Below are positions 47,401 to 55,661 of a stretch of DNA of 64,000 nt, one piece after another (within the stretch, counting starts at the first letter, position 1; each line of letters opens with the position of its first letter). Origin of the DNA: Candidatus Bipolaricaulota bacterium (lineage in GTDB: Bacteria > Bipolaricaulota > Bipolaricaulia > UBA7950 > UBA9294); contig JANQGM010000008.1 of assembly GCA_028277345.1 (NCBI GenBank), positions 23,573 to 87,572 on the forward strand, given 5' to 3'. A program made the translations under genes and the position numbers. The notes beneath the pieces are model-generated. The model saw only the letters and a program-made list of their open reading frames with translations, was not told the origin of the DNA and ran no database searches.

Positions 47401-47622
47401 GGTGAAGCGTTGATGGCGGATCCCAGCGTGGTGCTGCTGCGCGACGTGGAGACGGGTACACTCTATGCGGAGGCGCTGGCAATCGGATGGGACGAGGAGG
47501 CACGAGCCTACGTTCTGATGATCGATGGATCGAAGCTGCCGTACGACATCTACGAGTTGGTGATTCCGTTGGATGGCGGCGAAGCGGTGACGTTGCAGTT
47601 GGAAGTGGGTGAGGCCGAGTGA
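41494..47622 (+). CDS. giant secreted multi-Ig/Fn3/cadherin-like repeat surface protein (2042 aa)
   Basis: Signal peptide (ASFITVCLLLLGGIVVSAAQP) and about 17-18 modules of roughly 100-115 aa, many joined by D-x-x-x-P junctions. DNAGN-type motifs. The true start may be 41506 or 41509, closer to GGAGGAGGG. Confidence 0.9.
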   Translation: MEEGMVSHRRASFITVCLLLLGGIVVSAAQPVIVDISIPDASMKIGDVVTATITVQSDPAIYTLNASNIGGYALSGLSKQSDTSYFAEFTISSGGTDYAAAADIPTDITLADGGDLGLWNTPISQANDLIDANVPTDPTPTSSSHAVSVWDDDNTIDIQISGASDSGSGVDGFEIEWDQSATWTPSETKEQEETWSGATFTATSDGDWYFHIATVDNAGNWTSTEHLGPFQIDTAPPSVPTGLSPASGSTTSDTSPILSWSASTDTGGSGIRDTDAYRIVVTGPVNRDTYVSDTDYNPSLAEGTFTWKVYARDNAGNVSSYSADTTLVIDTTSPDVTINEAGAQDDPTNASPVVFTVVFDEPINDATFTNVDVSVGGTATTGTVTVTEVAPNDDTTFEVSIVVTADGTVVPSIPAGGVEDVAGNTNTVSTSTDNSVTYDATDPTDPTPSSSSHTVSVPSNDNTIDIGISGASDTGSGVDGFEIEWDKSATWTPTETKEQEENWAGATFTATSDGDWYFHIATVDNAGNWTSTQHLGPFSIDTDPPGVTVDIVDASLSDSDNSSLVTFEFDEDVQNFTIDDLTPTHGTLSSFITIDADSYTVVFTATDGIDATGSVAVGAGTYTDLVGNNGEAGSDTVDIDTEDPQINDLVLNDTLISESDTPGDGTLEIVILCSEAMDETITPLLIFDPTVASTLTWDSGGWDDSSTYRAYYDVADGDVEEDTVTIDVAGLRDLAGNEQQDMPPWFSIEIDTVKPSVSSVTVDTDPVYDGDLTQVVTVTFDEAMLDNGTADPSISFGSGSWTSNADGAYNGADTIWTETFTLTDSNQDVSNVTVDVMGAKDAAGNDQENYVAQAEFDINTLNPTVTSIVRADANPTNAASVDFTVTLSESVSGVTSANFSLDSTCGCETIDSVSGSGTTWAVTVLTADNEDYVVGIDLDSDLSSITDDAGNELEDAFTAGEEYEVDREDPNITTVLISRSGETLNDDFVGSELYVSIALDDEIDQTSIPSITFSADVSGTLTYDRVSWGTHSCSVYYTIGDGNEEIDGVGVWTISNVFDHVGNPVNNINYGTDEFDIDNENPSVSSVSFSPDLIADADDGSYFYVSISFDEDMGSARPFIVFVPGHGSTLSPYMDGWLGGSFTAEYEIHDRDVDFDSVTITITGAEDEHGNDMQAYTPEPDEWFEIDTENPTVAAVTVDDTLLSDSDAGTTLTVTVDFSENMTDDGSEDPALTFAPTVGSTLSFSSDSWPSATRYRAVYDISDAGVDVDSVTIDVEGAEDANGNDQQDYTPESEFEIDTLNPVVSMLTLSDDEITDADVGNTFTVTVDFSEDMIAGTVPSIVFSPNLDTTLQADAGSSGWTADDVYVFAYTILDGNVTVLDDDITISNAQDLAGNVQVIYNYNDQLDVDTENPYFHDFTVTGGAVDADCLRVVTFTAKVTDPNGTMVPGDITVTAASVTNTAAGITAGDVYDIQQTSDNQTTITITGKVDIEDLTDCPARVTITLDAVDSVDNDAAQQSQSDDVVDTTIPTIDDLRFDTDDTHAAEQTVPYLVDECGRVVVYFSATINDNCCIDDGNVTVDVTLPLLAGEGDAVLEDIDVELTQNGQNQVLMTGSAVVRCLESVTPRPNPAGLSRVQIDVAAYDCCGNDAVSVETGTGEGLVDDEILPIPRDDPRQDMVMDESAIADENLLLKVRLDEFGVYRLVLRENTPVRIDLLANDADNLTHNVGHPFGPCVACGPCGGQTGCCAEIFVYEIVQHPTFGTAEIIDDSGDCGGGSVIRFAPDRGYLGPDFFTYRIVDAFGNVSDVIATVYLQTVPEVWVEDIFVVACGDETTEFSLPVSDLFIDIEDPSRIPFEFEILAGPSHGVVTGSVQNIDYAPPSTVTDPQFGVQVPSLDFTETAILNMSYTPADGFEGRDLIRVQISDPFGGSAIAVVDFAVGACGPAAAGEAILKLAGNQILPMLLPGPVGEALMADPSVVLLRDVETGTLYAEALAIGWDEEARAYVLMIDGSKLPYDIYELVIPLDGGEAVTLQLEVGEAE
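41902..42201 (+). repeat. intragenic duplicated module, copy 1 (aa 137-236)
   Basis: DPTPTSSSHAVSV...SGVDGFEIEWDQSATWTPSETKEQEETWSGATFTATSDGDWYFHIATVDNAGNWTSTEHLGPFQIDTAPP. Confidence 0.85.
42823..43128 (+). repeat. intragenic duplicated module, copy 2 (aa 444-545)
   Basis: DPTPSSSSHTVSV...SGVDGFEIEWDKSATWTPTETKEQEENWAGATFTATSDGDWYFHIATVDNAGNWTSTQHLGPFSIDTDPP. About 85% aa identity to copy 1 by eye. Confidence 0.85.
43114..45732 (+). repeat. array of eight diverged ~105-115-aa Ig-like modules (aa 541-1413)
   Basis: Junctions IDTDPP, IDTEDP, IDTVKP, INTLNP, VDREDP, IDNENP, IDTENP, IDTLNP and VDTENP recur at regular intervals. Confidence 0.75.
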
Positions 47623-49160
47623 AGGTGCGCGTAGGGTGGCTTGCCGGACTTCTATTGCTGACTATCACGCTGCTGGGGACGGCCAACAGCGCTCCGTCGA
47701 TGGATGACGAGTATGTGCTGACGACGCGCGAAACGGCGACGGAGATCGTTCTGAAGGCGACGGACGCCGATATTGCGGTTGCGATGCCGGAGGCGCATCG
47801 AATGGCGTTCTATGTGATCGCGGGTCCGGAACACGGTATCTTGGTGGGCGAACTGACCGATGTGATCTACAGCGATCCAAAGACGGTATCGGTGGTGCTG
47901 ACGTACGTCCCGGCGGACGGGTTCTTGGGAACGGACACGATCCACGTTGAAGTGGTGGACCCGTTTGGTGAAGCGGACGCCGCCATTGTGCAAATCGACG
48001 TGCAAGAGCAGCGGATTCCCGGGGTGCTGGCAGGGAACTGGACGAGTGAAGTGACCTACATTGTGAGCCCTGGGCCGGCGCAGAGCGCCGGGTTCACGGC
48101 GTTTCGTTCCATGTTCACCGAGTCGTATCGCATTGGGGCGCTGACGTTGAAGAGCGTGGCGTCGTTGCAGATGGAGATTGACGGCATCATCAAGGACATG
48201 ACATTCGATTCGTTGCGGTTCGACAGCCACATTTCGCTGACATCGATTGACCTGCGTTCGACGTTGTCGTTTGATCCGGATGCCGATGTATGGGCGGATG
48301 TGTTTGACTACTTCTTGAACACGACGCGATGGAGCATTGGGGGACTGGATCTCACGCATACGTGGTACGTGTTGAACACACAGACGGATTCGTACCAATC
48401 GCTGAACGCGGCCGTGAACCTGGGCATCTTCCGGCTGAACAACTTGACGCGGTTCAACCTGGACCCGAGCTGTCACTATGTGTTCTCCAGCAACATGAGT
48501 TCGTTGTACTGGTCGTGGTGCGACGTGCCGATGTCGGCGCAGTTCTCGATCACGGATGCGGGCTTCAACTACGCGCAAGTGAGTGCAAGTTCGATTCCGA
48601 TCGAGCGTTGGGCCTGGTTGCCGGAGGGATTGTATGCCAACACGTCGCTTCGGTTTGATCTGAGTTCTGGAAAGGTGTTTACGGCGTCATTTGGATGGCG
48701 GCCGATGCAGATTGGGTGTGTGGAGATCTTCGCGGAATTGGATCTGGATGGTCCGGGAGCGGGGCCGGTGACCAGCGATACGATCATTGACGGGATCAGT
48801 GTGTATGGGATGCGGATTAGCTGCAGCATTCCTGGGACGTACGGGGACGTGCGGGTGGTGTCGGCGACCTCGTTTGTTGACAGCAAGAACTCGACGGTGA
48901 CGGGGCAGTCGGACTATTTTGAAGTGATCCGGCTGAGCGGACCGATGGGGTCGTGCTGCGGGTATCCGGGGACGTGGAGTGTGGCCACGTACTTCAACGA
49001 GGCCGAGACGGGGGTGCTGTTTGACTGGGGGATGACGGTGATCGGTGCGGATGTGAACATCTCGGATCACTTTACGGGGTACATTGAGACGGTGTTTAGG
49101 TCGGAGTACTTTGATGATCCGCGGATGGAGATTACGTTGGGTTGGACGGCGCGGTGGTAG
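47619..49160 (+). CDS. secreted protein: N-terminal Ig/cadherin-like module plus ~400-aa putative outer-membrane beta-barrel domain
   Basis: GTGA overlap with the giant ORF. Signal peptide MKVRVGWLAGLLLLTITLLGTANS. The module is homologous to the distal modules of the giant protein. The C-terminus MEITLGWTARW has alternating hydrophobics and a terminal aromatic. Confidence 0.8.
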   Translation: MKVRVGWLAGLLLLTITLLGTANSAPSMDDEYVLTTRETATEIVLKATDADIAVAMPEAHRMAFYVIAGPEHGILVGELTDVIYSDPKTVSVVLTYVPADGFLGTDTIHVEVVDPFGEADAAIVQIDVQEQRIPGVLAGNWTSEVTYIVSPGPAQSAGFTAFRSMFTESYRIGALTLKSVASLQMEIDGIIKDMTFDSLRFDSHISLTSIDLRSTLSFDPDADVWADVFDYFLNTTRWSIGGLDLTHTWYVLNTQTDSYQSLNAAVNLGIFRLNNLTRFNLDPSCHYVFSSNMSSLYWSWCDVPMSAQFSITDAGFNYAQVSASSIPIERWAWLPEGLYANTSLRFDLSSGKVFTASFGWRPMQIGCVEIFAELDLDGPGAGPVTSDTIIDGISVYGMRISCSIPGTYGDVRVVSATSFVDSKNSTVTGQSDYFEVIRLSGPMGSCCGYPGTWSVATYFNEAETGVLFDWGMTVIGADVNISDHFTGYIETVFRSEYFDDPRMEITLGWTARW

Positions 49161-49242
49161 CATGCGGCGTCCCCATCGCGAATGGCGACACGGACATCCA
49201 CTGAAGCAACCGGGTTGATTAGGACGGCATGACGAGAAGACG

Positions 49243-49265
49243 GCGCCCCGTGTACAACGGGGCGC
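49243..49265. terminator. GC-rich hairpin between convergent genes (barrel partner and pgl)
   Basis: GCGCCCCG-TGTACAA-CGGGGCGC. No clean U-tract on either side. Confidence 0.45.
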
Positions 49266-49270
49266 ATGGC

Positions 49271-49987
49271 TTATCCGCCAATTGTGAGCCCCGCCGCCGC
49301 CCTGTCGAGTAGCCAAAGCGCGCGCGCGCCTAGGGCCGCTTGCACGCGAGTGGCGGGTGAATCTACGCCACTCCAGACGCGCGCATAGGCTTCTGATTTC
49401 TCTTCCCCCGTCACCAGAAACAGAATTTGGCGCGCTACCTTGAGAAGGGGAAGCGTTGCCGTAATCCGCCGTGACGGCTCGGCGCCGGGATTCTCAACAG
49501 GCACGAACCAGGCATCCTTTTCGTCCAGTGCCGAATGGCCGGGGAACAACGATGCTGTATGCCCGTCAGCTCCCAATCCAAGAAGAACCAGATCGATGGG
49601 ATGCCCGCGTAGATCATGGCGAACCTGGGTTTCATAGGCCCGCGCTGCGGCCTCAGGTTCGCGTTCTCCCTGCAATCGGAGGATCTGGGAGCGGGGGATG
49701 GGGACGTGAGATAGGAGTGCTCGATTTGCTTCACCGTAGTTGCTGGCGCGGTGGTCGGGAGGGACGCACCGCTCATCACTCCAGCCGACCACGGTATTCG
49801 CCCATGCTATCTGCGAATTTAGAGGAGGAGCGGCCAATCTCCGGAACAGAGGAAGCGGCGTTGTTCCGCCGGACAAGAAGATGATGAACCGTCCCCGATG
49901 CTGAAGCGCCGCCACCGACGCGGAGATCAAGACGTCTGCCGCATGACGATAAAGGGTCTCGGACGACTCGAAAACCTTTCGATTCAT
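49271..49987 (-). CDS. pgl: 6-phosphogluconolactonase
   Basis: [32 protein letters not shown] overlap with the zwf stop, so the start is trimmed to 49987. Confidence 0.85.
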   Translation of the reverse strand: MNRKVFESSETLYRHAADVLISASVAALQHRGRFIIFLSGGTTPLPLFRRLAAPPLNSQIAWANTVVGWSDERCVPPDHRASNYGEANRALLSHVPIPRSQILRLQGEREPEAAARAYETQVRHDLRGHPIDLVLLGLGADGHTASLFPGHSALDEKDAWFVPVENPGAEPSRRITATLPLLKVARQILFLVTGEEKSEAYARVWSGVDSPATRVQAALGARALWLLDRAAAGLTIGG

Positions 49988-51483
49988 TCTTCCTCGTTCT
50001 GAGGAAGGCACTTGCGCAACCACAGGCGATCCGATTCTCCGAAGAGGCCGCTGGCCTGCCGCGGTCCCCAAGATGATCGCGGGTAGCTATGAACGGGCGC
50101 TCCTAGACCAGTCCGCAAGAGGGGGTCGAGTATCTTCCAGCACGCTTCGATCTCATCGTCTCGGATGAAAAGCGCGGCATCGCCATGCAGGGCATCGATC
50201 AGGAGCCGCTCGTAGGCATCGGCCATGGCATGCTTCCCGAATCCATCCGAGTAATCGAACGACATGTCGACCGGGCGCGTTCGCATCGATGATCCAGGAA
50301 TCTTCGTTTCGAACTGTAGGCGAATGCCCTCATCCGGTTGGATCCGCAGCGAGAGATGGTTGGGGGCGGGTGTGGCATCGGGAAAGAGCTGATGAGGAAC
50401 TTCCTTGAACCGGAGCGTGATCTCCGTTTCTTTGGCCCGAAGGGACTTTCCCGTTCGGATGAAGAACGGCACATCTTGCCAGCGCCAATTGTCAATGTGT
50501 AAGCGCAGGGCCGCATAAGTCGGCGTCTGCGAGTCGTCGGCGACTCCCGTTTCCGACGTGTATCCCTCGTATTGGCCAAGTACGACATCCTGGGCCGTCA
50601 AGGCGCGGATGGCGTCGAAGACCTTGACCTTCTCATCGCGCAGGGCCTTGGCATTGACGGAGCTTGGCGGTTCGAGGCCGGTTAAGGCGACCAGTTGCAG
50701 AAGATGATTCTGAACGATGTCCCGCAAGATGCCGGAACGGTCGAAGTAGCTTCCCCGTGATGCGATGCCGATCGATTCGGCGACCGTGATTTGAACGTGA
50801 TCGACAAAATCACGATTCCAGAGCGGTTCGAAGACGGTGTTGGCGAATCGGAAGCTGAGAATGTTCTGAACGGTCTCTTTGCCCAAGTAGTGATCGATTC
50901 GATAGACCTGATCTTCGGAAAGAAGTTGCTGAAGCGCGTGGTTCAGTTCCTGGGCGGAGGCAAGATCGCGGCCAAACGGCTTCTCAATGATGACGCGTCG
51001 CCAGCTCCCGTGATCTTGCTGCAGCAGTCCGCACTGAGCGAGGCTGTGGACGATGTCGTAAACGCCCTCCGGTGGGGTGGCGAGGTAGAAGAGAACATTG
51101 CCTTGTGTCGGAAGATCGGGGTTTGCGATACGTTCTGCGAGGCGCTCGAAGGATTCCGCATCTCCCGGCGTGGCCGTGAGATAATCGACGCGCGATTCAA
51201 AGCGCGACCAGAGGTCACACAGCCGCGTATCCGGACGGAAACGAGCGTAGGATTCTATCCCTGCGTACAAGGATTGGCGAAATGCCGCAGAATCGAGCGC
51301 ACGGCGACCGACCCCGAGTACAAAGGTGTCCGGAGAGAGGGCGCCTGAGCAAGAGAGGCTGTGAAGCGCTGGGATGAGCTTTCGACGAGTAAGATCGCCG
51401 GTGGCGCCGAAGATGACGATGTACGCTGGCGGCGACGACGGAGGCTGGTCTGGGATTGATGGGTGAGGTTCCTCTTGGATCAT
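49984..51483 (-). CDS. zwf: glucose-6-phosphate dehydrogenase
   Basis: [26 protein letters not shown]. Confidence 0.95.
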   Translation of the reverse strand: MIQEEPHPSIPDQPPSSPPAYIVIFGATGDLTRRKLIPALHSLSCSGALSPDTFVLGVGRRALDSAAFRQSLYAGIESYARFRPDTRLCDLWSRFESRVDYLTATPGDAESFERLAERIANPDLPTQGNVLFYLATPPEGVYDIVHSLAQCGLLQQDHGSWRRVIIEKPFGRDLASAQELNHALQQLLSEDQVYRIDHYLGKETVQNILSFRFANTVFEPLWNRDFVDHVQITVAESIGIASRGSYFDRSGILRDIVQNHLLQLVALTGLEPPSSVNAKALRDEKVKVFDAIRALTAQDVVLGQYEGYTSETGVADDSQTPTYAALRLHIDNWRWQDVPFFIRTGKSLRAKETEITLRFKEVPHQLFPDATPAPNHLSLRIQPDEGIRLQFETKIPGSSMRTRPVDMSFDYSDGFGKHAMADAYERLLIDALHGDAALFIRDDEIEACWKILDPLLRTGLGAPVHSYPRSSWGPRQASGLFGESDRLWLRKCLPQNEEE

Positions 51484-51487
51484 GAAC

Positions 51488-52225
51488 TTAGGACTCCTTT
51501 TCTTGGGCTTGAACGAGGCTTGAAAAAACGGCAGACGAATCTTGCTGGGCGGTTAGGTGATGGAGCCCGGAAGGCGATGCGACGATGACATCCGTGGCTA
51601 GATCGATGAACAATCCATGTTCAACGATGCCGGCACGTTGATTGAGTTGAGCAGCCAATGCGGGGGCATCCGAAATTCCCGGAAACTGACAATCGAGAAT
51701 GACGTTGCCTTGGTCGGTGAGAAACACATCCTCTCCGCCTCGGCGCGTCACCCGGGCTCCGAGTCCCTCCAGATAGCGGGCTTCGACCGCCCAGGCAAAA
51801 GGGACAACCTCGACGGGCAAGACGAAGGATGTCCCGAGTTGGTGGGAAAGCTTGGACGCATCGACGACGATGATCTCGCGTCGAGAGGCTGACGCGACGA
51901 CCTTTTCGCGAAGCAAAGCGCCGCCTCCGCCCTTGATGAGGCGGAGCTTCGGGTCGACCTCATCCGCGCCGTCGATGGTGAGATCGATCGCCGGATGCGC
52001 TTCCAATGTGGTCAAGGGAATGCCGAGGCGACGTGCATGGCGTTCGACGTCGAGAGAGCATGGGATTGCAACGATATCGCTGTAGACGCCGTCAGTGAGA
52101 AGCTGAGCGAGCTTCTCAATGGCATAGGCCGTCGTCGAGCCATGCCCTAAGCCGACGATCATGCCGGACTGGATGAAATCAACCGCCGACTCGGCGGCCA
52201 CACGCTTCAGATTGCTCGCATTCAT
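51488..52225 (-). CDS. rpiA: ribose-5-phosphate isomerase A
   Basis: [38 protein letters not shown]. Confidence 0.9.
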   Translation of the reverse strand: MNASNLKRVAAESAVDFIQSGMIVGLGHGSTTAYAIEKLAQLLTDGVYSDIVAIPCSLDVERHARRLGIPLTTLEAHPAIDLTIDGADEVDPKLRLIKGGGGALLREKVVASASRREIIVVDASKLSHQLGTSFVLPVEVVPFAWAVEARYLEGLGARVTRRGGEDVFLTDQGNVILDCQFPGISDAPALAAQLNQRAGIVEHGLFIDLATDVIVASPSGLHHLTAQQDSSAVFSSLVQAQEKES

Positions 52226-52378
52226 TCTTCCCCCCTCGTGTCATCGCTGCATCCTCCATGATAAACGCAAGGCGCCGGAAACGGAATGGATCACGCGGGA
52301 GGACTCGATCGGATCCATTTCCGGTTGTGACTTCACACGGGAACCGTACAATCGCTGCATCTTCGGAAACGGACCCTC

Positions 52379-53296
52379 ATGACACGATTACAACCCGACA
52401 AACGCATTTCTGCAAAAGGACTCGCCTATCTCCTGACCGTCTATTTGGTGTGGGGGAGCACCTACTTGGCGATCCGCGTCGGCGTTCGCGAGGGATCTGG
52501 GATGCCGCCGTTCACGCTGGGTGCCATCCGCACGTTGCTGGCAGGGTGCGCCCTTCTCGGGTGGGCGGCTGCACGCCATGTGCGGATTCGCGTATCTCGC
52601 TCCGAAGCCGTGACGTTGGCGCTGGCCGGATTCTTCATGTGGCCGCTGGCCAACGGGTTGGTGAGTTGGGCGGAGCAACGTGCAGATTCAGGGTATGCAG
52701 CCTTGCTCGTCGCGGCGGTTCCGATATGGTCCACGCTCATCGACGCTGTTTGGCGGCGGCAGCGTCCATCGCTTCGTCTGCTTGGCTTTCTGGGGATCGG
52801 GTTCGTGGGGATTGGGTTGCTGACGGTGCCGCGCTTGCTTGTGGCGGATGGACTTGATCTGTGGACGATCCTCATGTTGGTGGTCGCTCCGATCTCGTGG
52901 GCCATCGGATCGTTGATGCAGATTCATCGCCCCATGACCGTCTCCCCCTTGGTGAGCTCGGCCTATCTTCATCTCTGGGGGTGTGTCGGCTTCGTGATCC
53001 TCGCCGTATGCGCTCGCGAACCGTGGCCGACGCCGACTGCCGAAGCTTGGGGAGCGCTGGCGTACTTGACGCTTGCGGGTTCGATCCTTGCGTTCACGGC
53101 CTATGTGTGCACCTTGCGTTTGCTGCCGATCAACATCGCCATGACCTACGCCTATGTCAACCCGGCGGTTGCCGTTCTGCTCGGCTGGCTGTTGCTTCAG
53201 GAAACTCTCTCCCCCATCATCTTCGCGGGCATGGGCCTCATCTTGTTTGGCGTATGGGGAATCTTCCGGGAGAAGTACGCGGCTACGACTCCGTAA
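52379..53296 (+). CDS. EamA/DMT-family transporter
   Basis: 305 aa, about 10 TM segments, two EamA-like halves. Confidence 0.85.
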   Translation: MTRLQPDKRISAKGLAYLLTVYLVWGSTYLAIRVGVREGSGMPPFTLGAIRTLLAGCALLGWAAARHVRIRVSRSEAVTLALAGFFMWPLANGLVSWAEQRADSGYAALLVAAVPIWSTLIDAVWRRQRPSLRLLGFLGIGFVGIGLLTVPRLLVADGLDLWTILMLVVAPISWAIGSLMQIHRPMTVSPLVSSAYLHLWGCVGFVILAVCAREPWPTPTAEAWGALAYLTLAGSILAFTAYVCTLRLLPINIAMTYAYVNPAVAVLLGWLLLQETLSPIIFAGMGLILFGVWGIFREKYAATTP

Positions 53297-53567
53297 CCTC
53301 CACACGCCTCCAGAAGGCGATATAGCCTTTGATTCCCGCGGCCGCATCCTTGGGTTGAGGATAGGTCCATGCGGCATTCCGCGATTCCTTCCCATCGACG
53401 ATCACATCGTAGTAGTGGGCTTCGCCTTTCCACGGGCAGGTTGTTCGATGATCGCTCGCCTTCAAGAAATCGTGATGAACGGCGTCCGGCGGGAAATAGT
53501 GATTGTTCTCAATGACGATGGTTTCGTCGCTTTCTGCAATAATGGTACCGTTATAGATGGCTTTCAT
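53283..53567 (-). CDS. DUF427-domain protein
   Basis: 94 aa. NHYFPPD...CPWKGEAHYYDV...NAAWTYPQP. Confidence 0.8.
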   Translation of the reverse strand: MKAIYNGTIIAESDETIVIENNHYFPPDAVHHDFLKASDHRTTCPWKGEAHYYDVIVDGKESRNAAWTYPQPKDAAAGIKGYIAFWRRVEVTES

Positions 53568-53694
53568 GAGTCCTCCTCAAGGATTCCATACAACATCATA
53601 GAGCCAAGACGTGGGGCGTTGCAGAGGTTTTGGTTGAGAAGCTGTGAAGGCGCGGCCTGTGATGCAGGCCGCGCACGGGTGTTTTAGGAGTGGT

Positions 53695-54072
53695 TTAGAG
53701 ATTGAGCGCATCCAGAATGATGCGAACGATGAGAAGAACCCATCCCACGATGATGCCGATCCAGATAATGCGCCGCGCTACATCGAGCAGGCCAAACAGA
53801 ATCAAAATGAGCGTAATCAGCGCGAGATACCCGATCGGCTTCTGCAGATCCTGAGAAACTCGGTCTCCTGTGACCAGATTGAGAATGTAGAGCACGCCCT
53901 GACCAAGGTAGTTGGCCGAGCTGTCGATAAACGTAAGGGCCTGATCCAAGGCCGATGATGCGGCCTCTTGAATCTCCGGTGAAACGACAGGGGCGTCTTG
54001 GGCAACGAGTCCCACCGAGCCGAGGAGCAAGACGGCGACGATGCCAATGATAACTCCGGTGTGCTTTTTCAT
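53695..54072 (-). CDS. small membrane protein, unknown function
   Basis: 125 aa. N-terminal signal/anchor plus two C-terminal hydrophobic segments. Confidence 0.6.
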   Translation of the reverse strand: MKKHTGVIIGIVAVLLLGSVGLVAQDAPVVSPEIQEAASSALDQALTFIDSSANYLGQGVLYILNLVTGDRVSQDLQKPIGYLALITLILILFGLLDVARRIIWIGIIVGWVLLIVRIILDALNL

Positions 54073-54203
54073 ACTGTCCTCCTTTACCAGCTGGGTCTAC
54101 CTTAGCACGGGAGGGGCAAACCGAAAAAACCGCGTGTCCATCAAGAAACGGGCAGGTGACGTCATGTGCGACTGTGCAGATGTCCTTGGTTGGCGTCGGG
54201 AAT

Positions 54204-55574
54204 TCAGGACGGATGAATCGGCGCACCCTCGGGACGCGGATCCCGCATCTGACGAAGCAAGTGCACCAGCATGACGCCGGTGATTACGGCAGCGATGCCG
54301 TCCGAGATCGGGAAGGACATCCAGATCCCGCTCAATCCAAACTGGGGAGGCAGCAGGAAGATCAAGGGTGTGAGAAGAATGACTTGGCGAAGCAAGGCAA
54401 GAACCAAGGCGGGAAATGCTCTTCCCAAGGCTTGGTACATGCCTGCCGCGACGACTTGGACGCCCACTGTTGGAAAGGCGAGGATGATAATTCGCGTCGC
54501 CGGTGCGCCCAGTGAGATGACGGCTGGATCCCGGGTGAAGACACGCAGCAACAGCGCAGGGATGGCCCAAAACAGGACGGTCGCCCCCGTGGCCATGATG
54601 GAAGTGACGATGTTCGACAGGCGAACAGCCTGGCGAACCCGATTCAGCTGCTTCGCTCCATAGTTGTACCCGACGATGGGCATCATGCCCTGGACGATGC
54701 CGAACATCGGCAAGAACAGGAACATGATCATCCGGTTGATGACGCCGAAGGTGGCAATGGCGATATCGCCGCCGTATCGCGCCAATGCCGTATTCAAGAT
54801 GATCACGGTGAAGCTGCTGGCAGACGCGCGAATGCCCGAGCCCATTCCCACCTTGGTCGCTTCCCAGAAGATGTGCCACTTGAGGCGGAAGTGATGTGGC
54901 TGGCTGCGCAGCGAGCTTCGCCCACCGAAGAAGTAGTAGATGAGATAAAGGACGGTGGTCGCCTGTGACAGGACGGTGGCGAGAGCGGCGCCTTGGATGC
55001 CAAGCTTGAAGCCGTAGATGAACAGCGGATCCAGCGCGATGTTCAACAGCCCGGAGATGATCATCGTCCACATGGCGACGCGTGCGTTGCCTTCGGCGCG
55101 GACAACGGCATTGGTGGCCATGGCGAACATGAAAAAGGGCGTGCCGAACAGGATCGTCCGAGAATAGGCGGCGGCATAGGGCAGGATGCCTTCGGTGGCG
55201 CCGAAGATCTTGAGCAAAGACGGCAAGTAAAGACTGCCGAAGGTCGCGATGAGCGTACTGAACAGAATGACCAAGGTAAACAGGTTGCCCAGCGCAAGGC
55301 GGGCCTCTTCACGATCTCCCTCGCCAAGACGGCGAGAGACGATCGACGAACATCCGATCCCGTACCACTGTGCCAGCGCCATGACCAGGATCTGGATGGG
55401 GAAGCTGATGGCGATGCCGGCGATCCCCAGGGAGCCGACGCCATGTCCGACGAAAATGGTATCCGTCAAGTTGTAGAGGGCTTGAACCATCAAGCCGACC
55501 ATGGCCGGAGCGGACATCCGAATGAGTAATTGACGAACCGGCGTCGTGCCGAGTTGTGCGCTGTGATCGACCAT
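54204..55574 (-). CDS. MATE-family efflux transporter
   Basis: 12-TM pattern. N-terminus VRQLLIRMSAPAMVGLMVQALYNLTDTIFVG. ATG 55574 lies 5 nt after AAGGGAG. Confidence 0.85.
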   Translation of the reverse strand: MVDHSAQLGTTPVRQLLIRMSAPAMVGLMVQALYNLTDTIFVGHGVGSLGIAGIAISFPIQILVMALAQWYGIGCSSIVSRRLGEGDREEARLALGNLFTLVILFSTLIATFGSLYLPSLLKIFGATEGILPYAAAYSRTILFGTPFFMFAMATNAVVRAEGNARVAMWTMIISGLLNIALDPLFIYGFKLGIQGAALATVLSQATTVLYLIYYFFGGRSSLRSQPHHFRLKWHIFWEATKVGMGSGIRASASSFTVIILNTALARYGGDIAIATFGVINRMIMFLFLPMFGIVQGMMPIVGYNYGAKQLNRVRQAVRLSNIVTSIMATGATVLFWAIPALLLRVFTRDPAVISLGAPATRIIILAFPTVGVQVVAAGMYQALGRAFPALVLALLRQVILLTPLIFLLPPQFGLSGIWMSFPISDGIAAVITGVMLVHLLRQMRDPRPEGAPIHPS

Positions 55575-55661
55575 CAGAACTCCCTTGACGTACAAAACGA
55601 ACTCCCCAGACATGGGGAGCTCGTGAATGGTACGACAAATCAGGGACGATGAAAAGTCGGT

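Noticed and set aside
46048-48578. Long minus-strand ORFs (296 aa, 308 aa and others) inside the giant gene and its partner
   Set aside because: They are shadow frames rich in His, Arg and Val. The plus-strand frames carry coherent repeat architecture and signal peptides.
41494-49160. Classifying the pair as two-partner secretion, classical autotransporter or T1SS adhesin
   Set aside because: The giant N-terminus has no TPS domain motifs. The partner has no POTRA repeats. There are no RTX repeats and no adjacent ABC/MFP/TolC genes. The giant protein has no C-terminal barrel of its own.
41023-49270. Giant-gene locus as a tRNA-targeted genomic island
   Set aside because: There is no integrase and no direct repeat of the tRNA 3' end. 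The tRNA's 3' end points away from the locus, and the GC of the two genes matches the rest of the window.
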